From contig CAVRSD010000001.1 of the NCBI GenBank assembly GCA_963723765.1, positions 3,258 to 67,257 of the forward strand: a DNA stretch of 64,000 nt. The letters run 5' to 3'. The notes under the pieces were generated by a model that was not told the DNA's origin, did no database searches, and saw only the letters and a list, made by a program, of their open reading frames with translations. Within the stretch, counting starts at the first letter, position 1, and each line of letters starts with the position of its first letter. The DNA comes from Terriglobia bacterium (lineage in GTDB: Bacteria; Acidobacteriota; Terriglobia; Terriglobales; Acidobacteriaceae). Made by a program: the position numbers and the translations under genes. Shown here piece after piece: positions 8,667-17,832 of the stretch.

Positions 8667-8897
8667 GGCACACTTCGTCAAGTCATTTGCACGGAATCGG
8701 GACTCTCTAAAGACTATCCAAGAAATGGATTCCTGGAAAATAAAGAACCAAAAAAATAAGGACAGCCCGGAGCCCCCCGAAGCCGTCCCTTATAAACCCT
8801 CCCGGTTAGAAGGGCGTGTAACTGAAATGAGAGTAACGGAGCGGTATTGCAGGAGTGTTGCGGAATTGTAAATTTCCGGTAAATAAAGACTTCCGAT

Positions 8898-8937
8898 GGG
8901 TGCCCCGTCCTTCCCGCGCTTTATGCGGGAGGGCGGG
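8898..8937 (+). repeat. REP family B copy (GGGTGCCCCGTCCTTCCCGCGCTTTATGCGGGAGGGCGGG)
   Basis: Identical 40-mer at 10438-10477 and a diverged inverted copy at 22669-22709. Confidence 0.85.
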
Positions 8938-8955
8938 TGCAGCATCTATGCTCAC

Positions 8956-8980
8956 GTAGGGACAGCCGCCTCGGCTGTCC
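8956..8980 (+). repeat. REP family A copy
   Basis: GTAGGGACAGCCGCCTCGGCTGTCC, 18 nt after a family B copy. Confidence 0.85.
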
Positions 8981-9067
8981 GCGGAAGCGAAGCTCCGCTG
9001 AGTTTCCTATTCGTCTCCCCACCACCAACTCCCGCTGATATATTGATAAGTCCTTCCCCGGAGGCCC

Positions 9068-10366
9068 ATGCCCCGCAAACTCGACGAGTCCCGCAGACTG
9101 CAAAAACGCGCCGAGCAGATGATTCCCGGCGGCGTGAACTCGCCCGCGCGCGCCTTTGGCTCCGTAGGCGGCGACCCGCCCTTCATCGTGCGCGGCGCTG
9201 GCTCCCACATGTTCGACGCCGACGGCAACGAATACATCGACTACGTCGGCTCCTGGGGGCCGCTCATTCTCGGCCATGCACAGTCCAAAGTCGTTGAAGC
9301 CATCATGGACGCCGCCTGCAACGGCACCAGCTTCGGCGCCTCCACTCCTTCGGAAGCCGACCTCGCTGAGATCGTAATCTCCGCATTCCCGCACATCCAA
9401 AAGATTCGCTTCGTGAGCTCAGGCACGGAAGCAACCATGTCCGCCATTCGCCTCGCCCGCGCCTACACCAAACGCAAATACATTGTGAAATTCGAAGGCT
9501 GCTATCACGGACATGCCGACGCCCTGCTGGTCAAAGCCGGCTCCGGCATTGCCACCCTCGGAATCCCAGGCTCCGCGGGCGTTCCCGAGGAATTCACTCA
9601 ATTCACCCTCGCCCTCCCCTTCAATGACACCGAAGCTCTCGAACAGGCCTTCAAGAAATTTCAGCATCAGATTGCCTGCGTCATCGTCGAGCCCATCGTC
9701 GGCAACATGGGCTGCGTCCCCGCATCCGGCGGATTTCTCGCTGCTCTCCGTCTGATCACGCAACGAGAAAAATCCGTTCTGATTTTCGACGAAGTGATGA
9801 CCGGATTCCGCGTCGCTTTCGGCGGCGCGCAGGAGCGCTACAACATTCAGCCCGACTTGACGACATTGGGAAAAATCATCGGCGGCGGCCTGCCGGTCGG
9901 CGCCTACGGCGGCCCTTCCGACATCATGAACTTAGTCGCGCCGCTCGGCCCCATGTATCAGGCAGGAACGTTATCCGGAAACCCTCTGGCCATGGCCGCA
10001 GGCCTTGCCACCTTGCGTCAATTGCGCGACCACAAAAGCGAAATCTACCCCGCTCTGGACAAACTAAGCGCCCAACTCGTGGAAGGCGTCACCGCCGCCG
10101 CAAAAGATGCCGGTATGCCAATCTGCCACAACCGCGTCGGTTCCATGTTCACCTGGTTTTTCCAGTCCGGCCCAGTCACCGACTGGAACTCCGCTTCAAA
10201 ATCCAATACCGAAGCCTTCGGCCGTTTCTTCCGCGCCATGCTGGACAACGGCGTTTATCTGCCGCCGTCGCAATACGAAGCCGCCTTCCTCAGCACCGCC
10301 CACTCTGAGGAAGACATCCAGAAAACCATCGCTGCCGCCAAACAATCCTTCGCGCAGACTAAGTAA
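9068..10366 (+). CDS. hemL: Glutamate-1-semialdehyde 2,1-aminomutase
   Basis: 432 aa. [12 protein letters not shown], class-III aminotransferase core, and the [11 protein letters not shown]-lysine region. Confidence 0.92.
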   Translation: MPRKLDESRRLQKRAEQMIPGGVNSPARAFGSVGGDPPFIVRGAGSHMFDADGNEYIDYVGSWGPLILGHAQSKVVEAIMDAACNGTSFGASTPSEADLAEIVISAFPHIQKIRFVSSGTEATMSAIRLARAYTKRKYIVKFEGCYHGHADALLVKAGSGIATLGIPGSAGVPEEFTQFTLALPFNDTEALEQAFKKFQHQIACVIVEPIVGNMGCVPASGGFLAALRLITQREKSVLIFDEVMTGFRVAFGGAQERYNIQPDLTTLGKIIGGGLPVGAYGGPSDIMNLVAPLGPMYQAGTLSGNPLAMAAGLATLRQLRDHKSEIYPALDKLSAQLVEGVTAAAKDAGMPICHNRVGSMFTWFFQSGPVTDWNSASKSNTEAFGRFFRAMLDNGVYLPPSQYEAAFLSTAHSEEDIQKTIAAAKQSFAQTK

Positions 10367-10437
10367 GTGGAGGCCGAATCATGTAGAACCAAGTCTCCGA
10401 CCCGGTCGCGGTGCGCAGCACCGCCGGAAGACGCCGT

Positions 10438-10477
10438 GGGTGCCCCGTCCTTCCCGCGCTTTATGCGGGAGGGCGGG
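10438..10477 (+). repeat. REP family B copy
   Basis: Exact match to 8898-8937. Confidence 0.85.
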
Positions 10478-10480
10478 GCT

Positions 10481-11224
10481 TTACAGGCTGTAGCTGAAAG
10501 CTGACGGCTGAGAGCCGACAGCTTTCCCCATCATCTCCGGCACCGTCACAAACTCATAACCTTCTGCCTTGTATCTCGCAATCAGCCGGTCGGTCGCAAT
10601 CACCGATCGCGAACGGTCAAATCCAAAAGCCCGATGACTACCGTCATGCAGCAAAATCACATTCCCGCCGCAGACTTTGCTCGTGACTTTTTTTTCAATG
10701 TACTCGACTGACGTCGCATTCCAATCAAATCCCGTCACGTTCCACATCACCGGCAGCAATCCCACCTCTCGCGCCACTCGCAGGGTCACCGGCCTTCGTC
10801 CCCCAAAAGGAGGACGGAATAATTTCGAATGCTCACCCACGGCATCGGTAATCGCCTGCGTGCACTGCAAAAGTTCTTCTCGGACCAGGCCGCCGGATTT
10901 ATAAATCAAATTCGGATGCGTAAAAGTATGGTTCCCTATCACATGCCCAGCCTGCACCACATCTCTCACAATATCCGGACGCTGCCGCACATATTTTCCC
11001 ATCAGGAAAAAAGTCGCCTTGACGTCATGCTTGGCCAGCACATCCAGCAAGTGCTGCGTATGCGGATCATTGGGCCCGTCATCATACGTTAGCGCCAGTT
11101 GTTTCGATCCCCGCGGCAATCCGGTAAATGTTCGCCCATACCACTGCCCGGTCGGCGCCATCGATTGATATCCCGCCGTAAGCGCCGCAGCCACTCCCGC
11201 CGCCGTGAGAATAGGTCCAAGCAT
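10481..11224 (-). CDS. Polysaccharide deacetylase (NodB homology domain) family protein
   Basis: LTYDDGPND, HTFTHP and LLHDG motifs. Start at MLGPILTAAG (11224) is preferred because 11255-11281 is repeat sequence; the alternative start is 11260. Confidence 0.8.
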   Translation of the reverse strand: MLGPILTAAGVAAALTAGYQSMAPTGQWYGRTFTGLPRGSKQLALTYDDGPNDPHTQHLLDVLAKHDVKATFFLMGKYVRQRPDIVRDVVQAGHVIGNHTFTHPNLIYKSGGLVREELLQCTQAITDAVGEHSKLFRPPFGGRRPVTLRVAREVGLLPVMWNVTGFDWNATSVEYIEKKVTSKVCGGNVILLHDGSHRAFGFDRSRSVIATDRLIARYKAEGYEFVTVPEMMGKAVGSQPSAFSYSL

Positions 11225-11254
11225 CCGCTGATTGTAAATGCGGCCATGTGAATT

Positions 11255-11347
11255 CACCACGGAGACACGGAGTCACGGAGGAAATTTCGCTGAAAAATAA
11301 AAATTAACAGTCCTGAAGCTTTCTCCGTGTCTCAGTGCCTCCGTGGT
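11255..11347. repeat. MITE-like element with CACGGAG-heptamer inverted arms (family D)
   Basis: CACCACGGAGACACGGAGTCACGGAGG at 11255-11281 faces CTCCGTGTCTCAGTGCCTCCGTGGT at 11323-11347. Confidence 0.75.
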
Positions 11348-11473
11348 AAAAGAATTTGAAATCCGTGAAGATCCGCGCCAATCCGTGGCTGCTCTGACAG
11401 GGTTTACTCTTTCCTCAATTGCACACTGCGCCGTCCCGGGATATCCTGCCCTATCGACTAAACTTTAGAGCCC

Positions 11474-12148
11474 ATGGCTAATCTTTTTGAGCTGCCCCGT
11501 TACATCGCCATTGAAGGACCCATCCGCGTCGGCAAAAGTACGCTGGCCCGCATTCTCGCTGAGCGTCTGAACGCCCAGCGGGTCATCGAAGCCGAGGACA
11601 ATCCTTTTCTCCGCTCCTTTTATCAGGGCGAGCGCGGTGCCGGTTTCCAGGCCCAATTCGCTTTCTTGATTCGCCGCTTCGAACAACTGCGCGCCTTGGA
11701 TCTCGGCCCCAGTTCGCAGAAAACCATCATCACCGATTTTATTTTCGAAAAAGACAAGCTCTTCGCCTATCTCAACCTCACCGACCAGGAGCTCGACACT
11801 TATAACCGCTATTACAACTATTTCCGCGAGCAACTCCCTACGCCCGATCTGGTGATTTACCTGCAAGCCACGCCGGAAGTCCTGAAAAAGCGTCTCAAGA
11901 AAAAGAACGCACCGGGAGAAAAAGCCATCAACGAGGATTATCTGGAAGAAGTGATCAAGGCCTACGAACACTTTTTCTTTCACTACACGTCATCGGACCT
12001 GCTCATCGTCAACACTTCAGAAATCGACTTCGTGGAACGCAACGAAGACTTGCAGGAACTGCTCCGCAAAGTCTCCGCCCCCATCAAAGGCACGCAATAC
12101 TTCCTGCCGCTTAGGCATCCGAAGAGGCCGCCAGCGCGTAACCCGTAG
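11474..12148 (+). CDS. Deoxynucleoside kinase (dAK/dGK/dCK family)
   Basis: P-loop IAIEGPIRVGKST, FLRSFY, and a dNK-like core. The last residues run into a REP copy. Confidence 0.8.
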   Translation: MANLFELPRYIAIEGPIRVGKSTLARILAERLNAQRVIEAEDNPFLRSFYQGERGAGFQAQFAFLIRRFEQLRALDLGPSSQKTIITDFIFEKDKLFAYLNLTDQELDTYNRYYNYFREQLPTPDLVIYLQATPEVLKKRLKKKNAPGEKAINEDYLEEVIKAYEHFFFHYTSSDLLIVNTSEIDFVERNEDLQELLRKVSAPIKGTQYFLPLRHPKRPPARNP

Positions 12149-12169
12149 CGACAGCCGCCTCGGCTGTCC
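12145..12169 (+). repeat. REP family A copy (GTAGCGAC variant)
   Basis: GTAGCGACAGCCGCCTCGGCTGTCC, overlapping the kinase stop codon. Confidence 0.8.
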
Positions 12170-12177
12170 GGGCAAGC

Positions 12178-12720
12178 CTATTTCCAAACCATCAGCATCA
12201 CGCCCACAATCACGCCGGTCACGGACACATACAGCCACAAGGGAAAAGTCCAACGCGCAACCCTGCGATGTTGCGGGAAACGGCCGCTCAGCGAGAGGAA
12301 AAACGTGACCAGCACCAGCGGCAACGCGACCACCGTAAGCAAGATGTGACTGCCCAGAATGGACAGGTAAAGGACGCGAATCACGCCACGCCCGGCAAAT
12401 ATCTGGTCGCCGTGCAATGTGTGGTTAGTGATGTAAGAGGCGAGAAACAGAGTCGAGAACCCAAACGCCGTCAGCATCGCATTGCGGTGCGCGGTAATGC
12501 GCCGGCTGCGAATGAAAAACAGTCCAGTGATCAGCGCGATGGCGCTCATCCCATTCAACGCGGCATTCAACGCCGGCAGAAAGCCAAGCCGATGCGCAAA
12601 ACTAGCCGGCGCCCGATGAAAGTAGACCAGCCAAAACAGAAACACCCAAGCCGCCGCACTGATCGCGATAATGGTCGCAATTATGGCTCGTCCATTGCCG
12701 GCAGGAGCGTTGAATTTCAT
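12178..12720 (-). CDS. DUF420-family integral membrane protein
   Basis: Four or five TM segments. The HRNAM... and HRRVARWTFPLWLYVSVTGV pattern is typical of DUF420/YozB-like proteins. The alternative start is 12747. Confidence 0.65.
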   Translation of the reverse strand: MKFNAPAGNGRAIIATIIAISAAAWVFLFWLVYFHRAPASFAHRLGFLPALNAALNGMSAIALITGLFFIRSRRITAHRNAMLTAFGFSTLFLASYITNHTLHGDQIFAGRGVIRVLYLSILGSHILLTVVALPLVLVTFFLSLSGRFPQHRRVARWTFPLWLYVSVTGVIVGVMLMVWK

Positions 12721-12810
12721 AGCTGGCGTTTCTCGGGTAAGTTCCATACTTGCGTTCCAGATATTTATACGATTTCGTCGGCCAATTCAGTGTAGCGCAA
12801 CACTTGCCGC

Positions 12811-12948
12811 TTAAAAGAATCGCGTAGGGACAGCCGCCTCGGCTGTCCAGGTTACGCGAGTGCCCTTCTCAATCCCTAGCTGCTTGCGCAATTCTGCAGG
12901 GATCACCACGCGCCCCTTCGTGCTGATGACGGTTCGATAATCTCGCAT
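12811..12948 (-). pseudogene. AbrB/MazE/SpoVT-type antitoxin N-terminal fragment, truncated by a REP insertion
   Basis: MRDYRTVISTKGRVVIPAELRKQLGIEKGTRV is a SpoVT-AbrB looped-hinge motif. After residue 32 the ORF reads into REP A (12824-12848). No partner toxin gene is present. Confidence 0.55.
12824..12848 (+). repeat. REP family A copy
   Basis: GTAGGGACAGCCGCCTCGGCTGTCC. Confidence 0.85.
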
Positions 12949-13004
12949 AAGATAATCTTTCTATCGAGCAGCGATAGCAATTGCTTGAGGTCTTCTATGC
13001 TTGC

Positions 13005-13029
13005 GTAGGGACAGCCGCCTCGGCTGTCC
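13005..13029 (+). repeat. REP family A copy
   Basis: GTAGGGACAGCCGCCTCGGCTGTCC. Confidence 0.85.
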
Positions 13030-13049
13030 GGTCGAGCGTAGCTCGACTA

Positions 13050-13196
13050 TCATTTGACGCCCAATGCATGTAACAGCGATTTCACTGGCTGGACCTCGGC
13101 TGTCGCTAGCAAAATAACCAAGTGCACAAATCCGTAAACCGCAAAGACTGCGGCTTCCGGCGATGATCGAAATAGCTTTTTATATCTAGCCATCAT
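13050..13196 (-). CDS. Possible 48-aa small membrane protein
   Basis: MMARYKKLFRSSPEAAVFAVYGFVHLVILLATAEVQPVKSLLHALGVK has one TM-like segment and lies 32 nt downstream of the 209-aa ORF. No homology is recognised. Confidence 0.3.
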   Translation of the reverse strand: MMARYKKLFRSSPEAAVFAVYGFVHLVILLATAEVQPVKSLLHALGVK

Positions 13197-13228
13197 CGTG
13201 TTCTTGTTCTTTCGTATTTAGCCCAAAG

Positions 13229-13858
13229 TCATTTCTTCCTGAGGAGAGCTGCCTGCGCATCCTCGATCGGATCTGCAGACTTGATGCGTGCCCTCAGCCT
13301 GTTAAGCGGGTGATCTTCGGATAAGTCGTCACCTGTGCCGTCAGCCCCACGCACTATCGCTCCCCAATCAATATTCCCGGCCCTATAACCCGGGGGCGGA
13401 GACAGCTCGTTCTTGAAAGCCCACTTATATGCTTTGCGCAGGTCTTTACTAACAATCTCAACTTCTCCAGCGTCGTGAAATCGCTTGAGCGCTACATTGA
13501 GTGCAACCATGGGCTCGGACTTACCATCAATGGGATAACCGACGCGCTTGAGCAATTCCCGAAGCTCCGATGTAGTAAAAGCGGTCGGATAAATGATCCG
13601 CAATGCCGTTCTTATTGCGTCAACGAATGGCATATATTTCAGCCACGACTCCGCCAACAGTCTTCCCGCGTCTGTCTCCATAACCTCTATCGGAGGGACA
13701 ATATTAGGGGGCTCACCACAAAGAGAAGCCAATCCTTCAATGGTCTTGATGAGACTGACCATCTCAGCTTTCATGGCTTCGCGCTTGTCACGCAGATCGT
13801 TGTATCTGCTGCGCAACTGCTCGAGAGTTTGTTTGTAATCGGGACTGGTCACGTCCAA
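13229..13858 (-). CDS. Hypothetical protein (N-terminal coiled coil, possible winged-helix-like middle region)
   Basis: 209-aa ORF in a visibly lower-GC segment, with an AT-rich promoter-like region at 13859-13960. Confidence 0.6.
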   Translation of the reverse strand: MDVTSPDYKQTLEQLRSRYNDLRDKREAMKAEMVSLIKTIEGLASLCGEPPNIVPPIEVMETDAGRLLAESWLKYMPFVDAIRTALRIIYPTAFTTSELRELLKRVGYPIDGKSEPMVALNVALKRFHDAGEVEIVSKDLRKAYKWAFKNELSPPPGYRAGNIDWGAIVRGADGTGDDLSEDHPLNRLRARIKSADPIEDAQAALLRKK

Positions 13859-14039
13859 TCTATATCATAAACGATTAAGTTATACAAGATATCATTATCT
13901 AAAAAACATAACAAAATGCACTAGCAATGCTGAAAGCACTATCTAGCGTTCCACATCCCTTGCGTCTACAATACCCCTCGGCACATCCAACACCCATACA
14001 GGCTCTATCCGGCTAGCCGGAGGGGCACTGGAGGACACA

Positions 14040-14942
14040 GTGAGTCTCACCCCGATCGGCACCCGTCCGCAGGACGGTCCCCGCAAGATCACCGTCGCTT
14101 CCCTTCACGACAAAAAGCTCCATCACGAACCCATCACCTGCCTGACTGCCTACGACTACCCGAGCGCCCGCCTGGTCGACGAAGCCGCCATTGACATCGT
14201 TCTGGTCGGCGATTCGCTGGCCATGACCATGCTGGGCTACGAGAACACACTTTCCATCACCGTCGACGAAATGCTGCACCACACCAAAGCTGTCCGCCGT
14301 GCCGTGAAGCATGCGCTGCTGGTAGCGGACATGCCGTATGGGTCTTATCATGTCGACGCCCACGACGCGGTTCGTAATGCCGCGCGTTTTATGAAAGAAG
14401 CCGGCGCTGAAGTGGTCAAGATTGAAGGCGGTGAGAAGCGTGCCGACCTCATTCGCCGCGTGATCGACGCCGAGATCCCCGTCGCCGGACACATCGGCCT
14501 CACCCCGCAGTCGGTCAATCGCATGGGCGGCTACAAAGTGCAGGGAAAATCGCTGGCCGAGGTCGAACAGCTCATGCGCGATGCCGTTGCCCTCGACCGC
14601 GCCGGCGTAGCTTTCCTGGTTCTCGAAGGCATTCCGCGAGAAGTCGCGGCCATGATTACGGCCGAGGTTGCGACTCCCACCATCGGCATTGGCGCAGGCC
14701 CGGATTGCGACGGCCAGGTGCTGGTTTTCCACGACATTCTGAACCTGACTTTCGCTCCTCCGGCAAAATTCGTGCGCCGCTACGGCGACGCCGCCGCCGA
14801 GATCACCCATGCCATCCAGGCTTTCCGCGCGGATGTGGTTTCCCATCAATATCCGTCAGACGCAGAGTCCTATCATCTGCCCAAAGAAACGCGGTCCGCT
14901 CTCGAGACTGTCCTGGAGCGCAAGCGTGGCATGCGCCGATAG
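14040..14942 (+). CDS. panB: 3-methyl-2-oxobutanoate hydroxymethyltransferase
   Basis: LTAYDY, VLVGDSLAMTMLGY and KIEGG motifs. GTG start. Confidence 0.9.
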   Translation: MSLTPIGTRPQDGPRKITVASLHDKKLHHEPITCLTAYDYPSARLVDEAAIDIVLVGDSLAMTMLGYENTLSITVDEMLHHTKAVRRAVKHALLVADMPYGSYHVDAHDAVRNAARFMKEAGAEVVKIEGGEKRADLIRRVIDAEIPVAGHIGLTPQSVNRMGGYKVQGKSLAEVEQLMRDAVALDRAGVAFLVLEGIPREVAAMITAEVATPTIGIGAGPDCDGQVLVFHDILNLTFAPPAKFVRRYGDAAAEITHAIQAFRADVVSHQYPSDAESYHLPKETRSALETVLERKRGMRR

Positions 14943-14953
14943 AAAAATCATTC

Positions 14954-15071
14954 ACCACAGAGTCACGGAGACACAGAGAAAACAAAATCACCATCTGAAC
15001 TAACCGTCAAAAGTAAATTCTTGTGGAAAGAAATATTTAGGTTTTCTCCGTGCCTCCGTGTCTCCGTGGTG
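14954..15071. repeat. MITE-like family D element between panB and panC
   Basis: CACCACAGAGTCACGGAGACACAGAG at 14954-14979 faces CTCCGTGCCTCCGTGTCTCCGTGGTG at 15046-15071. Confidence 0.75.
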
Positions 15072-15083
15072 AAAAGATCTCAG

Positions 15084-15926
15084 ATGAATATTCACCCCAC
15101 CATTAATGCCATGCGCGCGGCCTCTCGCGCTATCCACAAGAAAAACCAGCGCCTGGGCTTCGTGCCCACCATGGGCGCTCTGCACCAGGGACACCTCGCA
15201 CTGGTACATGCCGCAAAAGCCCAATCCGATGTTGTGGCCGCTTCTATCTTCGTGAACCCGTTGCAGTTCGGCCCCAAAGAAGACCTCAGCAAATATCCCC
15301 GCAGTTTCGAACGCGATTGCGAACTGCTGGAAAACGCAGGCGTTACTTTGCTCTTCGCGCCGGGCGTGGAAGAAATGTATCCCGAGAAAGAACTCACTTA
15401 CGTCAATGTAGAAAGCCTCAGCGAAAAGCTCGATGGCAAATCCCGTCCCGGCCACTTCCGCGGAGTAACCACCGTAGTTTCAAAGCTTTTTCATATCGTG
15501 GAACCGGATCTGGCTTTCTTCGGACAAAAAGATGCGGCGCAAGTCGCCATCATTAAGCGCATGGTGCGCGATCTGAATTTTCCAGTTGAGGTCGTTGTCT
15601 GCCCCATCGTGCGTGAACTGGATGGACTGGCGATGAGTTCGAGAAACGCCTATCTCGATGCACAGCAACGGAAATCGTCCCTCGTGCTCTACCGTTGTCT
15701 CCTGCAAATACAAAAGCTGTTCCAACAGGGAGAACGCAATTCCGCCAAATTGATAGGGGTTGGCAAAGAAGTGTTCGGCGACGAACCATCCGTGCGCTTG
15801 GATTATCTCGAGATCGTGAATCCGGAAACGCTTGAATCGACTGCAGAAATCACGGGAAGAACACTCGTCGCCGTAGCTGCATACGTGGGAACCACGCGCT
15901 TGCTCGACAATGTTTTACTAGGTTAG
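15084..15926 (+). CDS. panC: Pantoate--beta-alanine ligase
   Basis: GFVPTMGALHQGHLALV (HIGH-like) and FGQKDAAQ. ATG at 15084, after the repeat. Confidence 0.9.
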   Translation: MNIHPTINAMRAASRAIHKKNQRLGFVPTMGALHQGHLALVHAAKAQSDVVAASIFVNPLQFGPKEDLSKYPRSFERDCELLENAGVTLLFAPGVEEMYPEKELTYVNVESLSEKLDGKSRPGHFRGVTTVVSKLFHIVEPDLAFFGQKDAAQVAIIKRMVRDLNFPVEVVVCPIVRELDGLAMSSRNAYLDAQQRKSSLVLYRCLLQIQKLFQQGERNSAKLIGVGKEVFGDEPSVRLDYLEIVNPETLESTAEITGRTLVAVAAYVGTTRLLDNVLLG

Positions 15927-16684
15927 GGCGCGATACTTGCGCTGGTATCTTGAGTTGGCAAGTGCTGCCGAATCAGAGTCTCGACTCGCGACCACAGCAG
16001 TGGATCACACTCGCTCTCCATGTGGGTTTTCGATACCAGGTTGACGTACCAGATGGTCTGCTTACAAACTGCCGGATCTTTGTGGTAGTCATAGAGATAG
16101 TTCCCTAAGATCTGCGTGTGCGCGGGATCGGCGGCGGTGATTCGCGCCCGTCCGTGGATCAGCCCGTAAGGTTGATAAAAATTCGCCGCCTCAGCCACGT
16201 TGGCGGGAATGACGGCATCGTTTTGCCCTTTCTTTTGTACGCTATCCACCTGCACTGTCAGCATGACCGGAATCTGTTCCCGCTGTAGGGCCCGGGCCAT
16301 GGTCACCGCCGTCGAAGCCCCCCAACTGTGTCCGAACAGGATGATGTGGGCGTTCTTCTTTTCTTCATCGGAAAGAATGCCGTCATGATTGGTGTCAAGC
16401 TGTTGCAGGAGAGCGCGATAGGCGTCGTGAAAGTGGTGGTTCTCGAAGGTCCTGATCCAGGTTCCGGTGGGATAAGACGCCCGCAGCCGCCGCACCAACT
16501 GCACCGGTACATGGCGGAGATCGTCATGATGGACAAATCCCCCTACAAAGCCAAGGACAATATTTGCCGGAGCGGTGGCCGAGACCGGGGTGTGGATGGA
16601 GCCAACTGGTTCCGCGGCCCTAGCCGTAGAGAAGGGTGCCAGGCAGCACAGTAGTGCACAAAAGTAGGAAAACTGTCGCTTCAT
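15923..16684 (-). CDS. Secreted alpha/beta-hydrolase-like protein with an EF-hand loop
   Basis: Signal peptide, DTNHDGILSDEE (canonical DxNxDGxIxxxE), and GHSWGAS nucleophile elbow. Confidence 0.6.
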   Translation of the reverse strand: MKRQFSYFCALLCCLAPFSTARAAEPVGSIHTPVSATAPANIVLGFVGGFVHHDDLRHVPVQLVRRLRASYPTGTWIRTFENHHFHDAYRALLQQLDTNHDGILSDEEKKNAHIILFGHSWGASTAVTMARALQREQIPVMLTVQVDSVQKKGQNDAVIPANVAEAANFYQPYGLIHGRARITAADPAHTQILGNYLYDYHKDPAVCKQTIWYVNLVSKTHMESECDPLLWSRVETLIRQHLPTQDTSASIAP

Positions 16685-17039
16685 CGGGACCCTGAAAACA
16701 AATCAGTCCTTTAGTTATCAGATGGTTGACAGCGGGTTCGGGATGCAAGGCCGCAATTCCGTCCGAACTCAATCATCAGTTAAGCAAGCTCCATGCCAGC
16801 AGAGCCTGCAAGTTCATTCCAAAACGGTCGCTTAAAGCTAAGTTGTTGAATGCTCGTTGGCGGCGTTTTCCCGGCTTAATTTGCCAGCCTTGCCCGCTCC
16901 CAGAATGCCTCCCATCGGCGTTTGCAGGCCCGTGGTTGCGATTGGAGGAGTCGAACCAGCCCGGAGGCCATCCGAGGCACAAGCAATGCTGAAATACGCT
17001 TCCCAGAGAATATTCTCTTTAAGCTATACAATCCCGAGC

Positions 17040-17687
17040 TTACCTCCAGGATTTTGGTCCGGAGACGAACGGATTGCCCGCAATCACGTAACGCAAAGGA
17101 AGTGCAGCAGCCTTGGTGATGCCAATGCGCGGCGTGGTCAATACGCGGCGGGGAGCATCATATTCGCCGGAAATGCCCTTGGCAAGACCGTCGGCGATAA
17201 AAAGATCAGATTTTGGGCTGGTCAGGTCTTTGCCGTTGTCGCGGACACGGGTGACGCCAAAAGCCTCAGCCATCCGTCCGGGGCCGCTGGTCAGTTTTTT
17301 CAGGTCTCGAGGCCCAGCAATGGACACTCCCCGGGCAACCGCCATTTCTTCAAGGCCCACCAGCGGTTCCAGCGCACGAAACAGAATGGCTCCAGCAGTT
17401 CCCTTTGGCCTGCAAGTAACATTCAGGCAGAAGTGGTTGCCGTAGATGAAATATACATAAACGTAGCCCGGCGGCCCGAACATGACGGCATTGCGGGGAG
17501 TCGGTCCGCGGAAGGAGTGCGAGGCCGGATCGTTCTTGCCTAGATAAGCTTCCACTTCCACGATCCGGCCCACTAGGATTTTCTTGCCTTCACGGCGAAC
17601 CAGGATTTTCCCCAGCAGATCTCGGGCGACCCGGCGGGGATCGCGATTGTAGAAACTGCGGGGGAGCGGGCTACCAGGCTTTTTCAT
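17040..17687 (-). CDS. mpg: DNA-3-methyladenine glycosylase (AAG/Mpg family)
   Basis: FYNRDPRRVARDLLGK, EVEAYLG..DPASH and GYVYVYFIYG. Confidence 0.88.
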   Translation of the reverse strand: MKKPGSPLPRSFYNRDPRRVARDLLGKILVRREGKKILVGRIVEVEAYLGKNDPASHSFRGPTPRNAVMFGPPGYVYVYFIYGNHFCLNVTCRPKGTAGAILFRALEPLVGLEEMAVARGVSIAGPRDLKKLTSGPGRMAEAFGVTRVRDNGKDLTSPKSDLFIADGLAKGISGEYDAPRRVLTTPRIGITKAAALPLRYVIAGNPFVSGPKSWR

Positions 17688-17832
17688 CGAGTCTTGGTAT
17701 TATCGCCTAGCAAGCGCCGGTAGTGGTGCAGTCAAACTGCACCACTACCCAAGCGCCTTCTCAATTGTGCAACCTCGGATTGCGTTGTAAGATCCTGTGC
17801 TGCTTACCGGTCAGCAGAATAGAGAAGTTGCA

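Noticed and set aside
8896-9297. 133-aa ORF beginning MGAPSFPRFMREGG, and similar peptides at 10107-10493 and 22427-23080
   Set aside because: Their distinctive segments are simply translations of REP families A and B, and they overlap hemL or the HIT gene. They are not genes.
16685-17039. 355-nt gene-free spacer containing GGTTCGACTCC (minus strand, about 16946-16956), resembling a tRNA or tmRNA T-loop
   Set aside because: The flanking bases do not form a T stem (only 3 of 5 pairs). No acceptor stem, CCA context or tag-peptide reading frame ending in a hydrophobic xAA could be built. It may be a decayed tRNA fragment or att remnant, but I cannot support an RNA gene.
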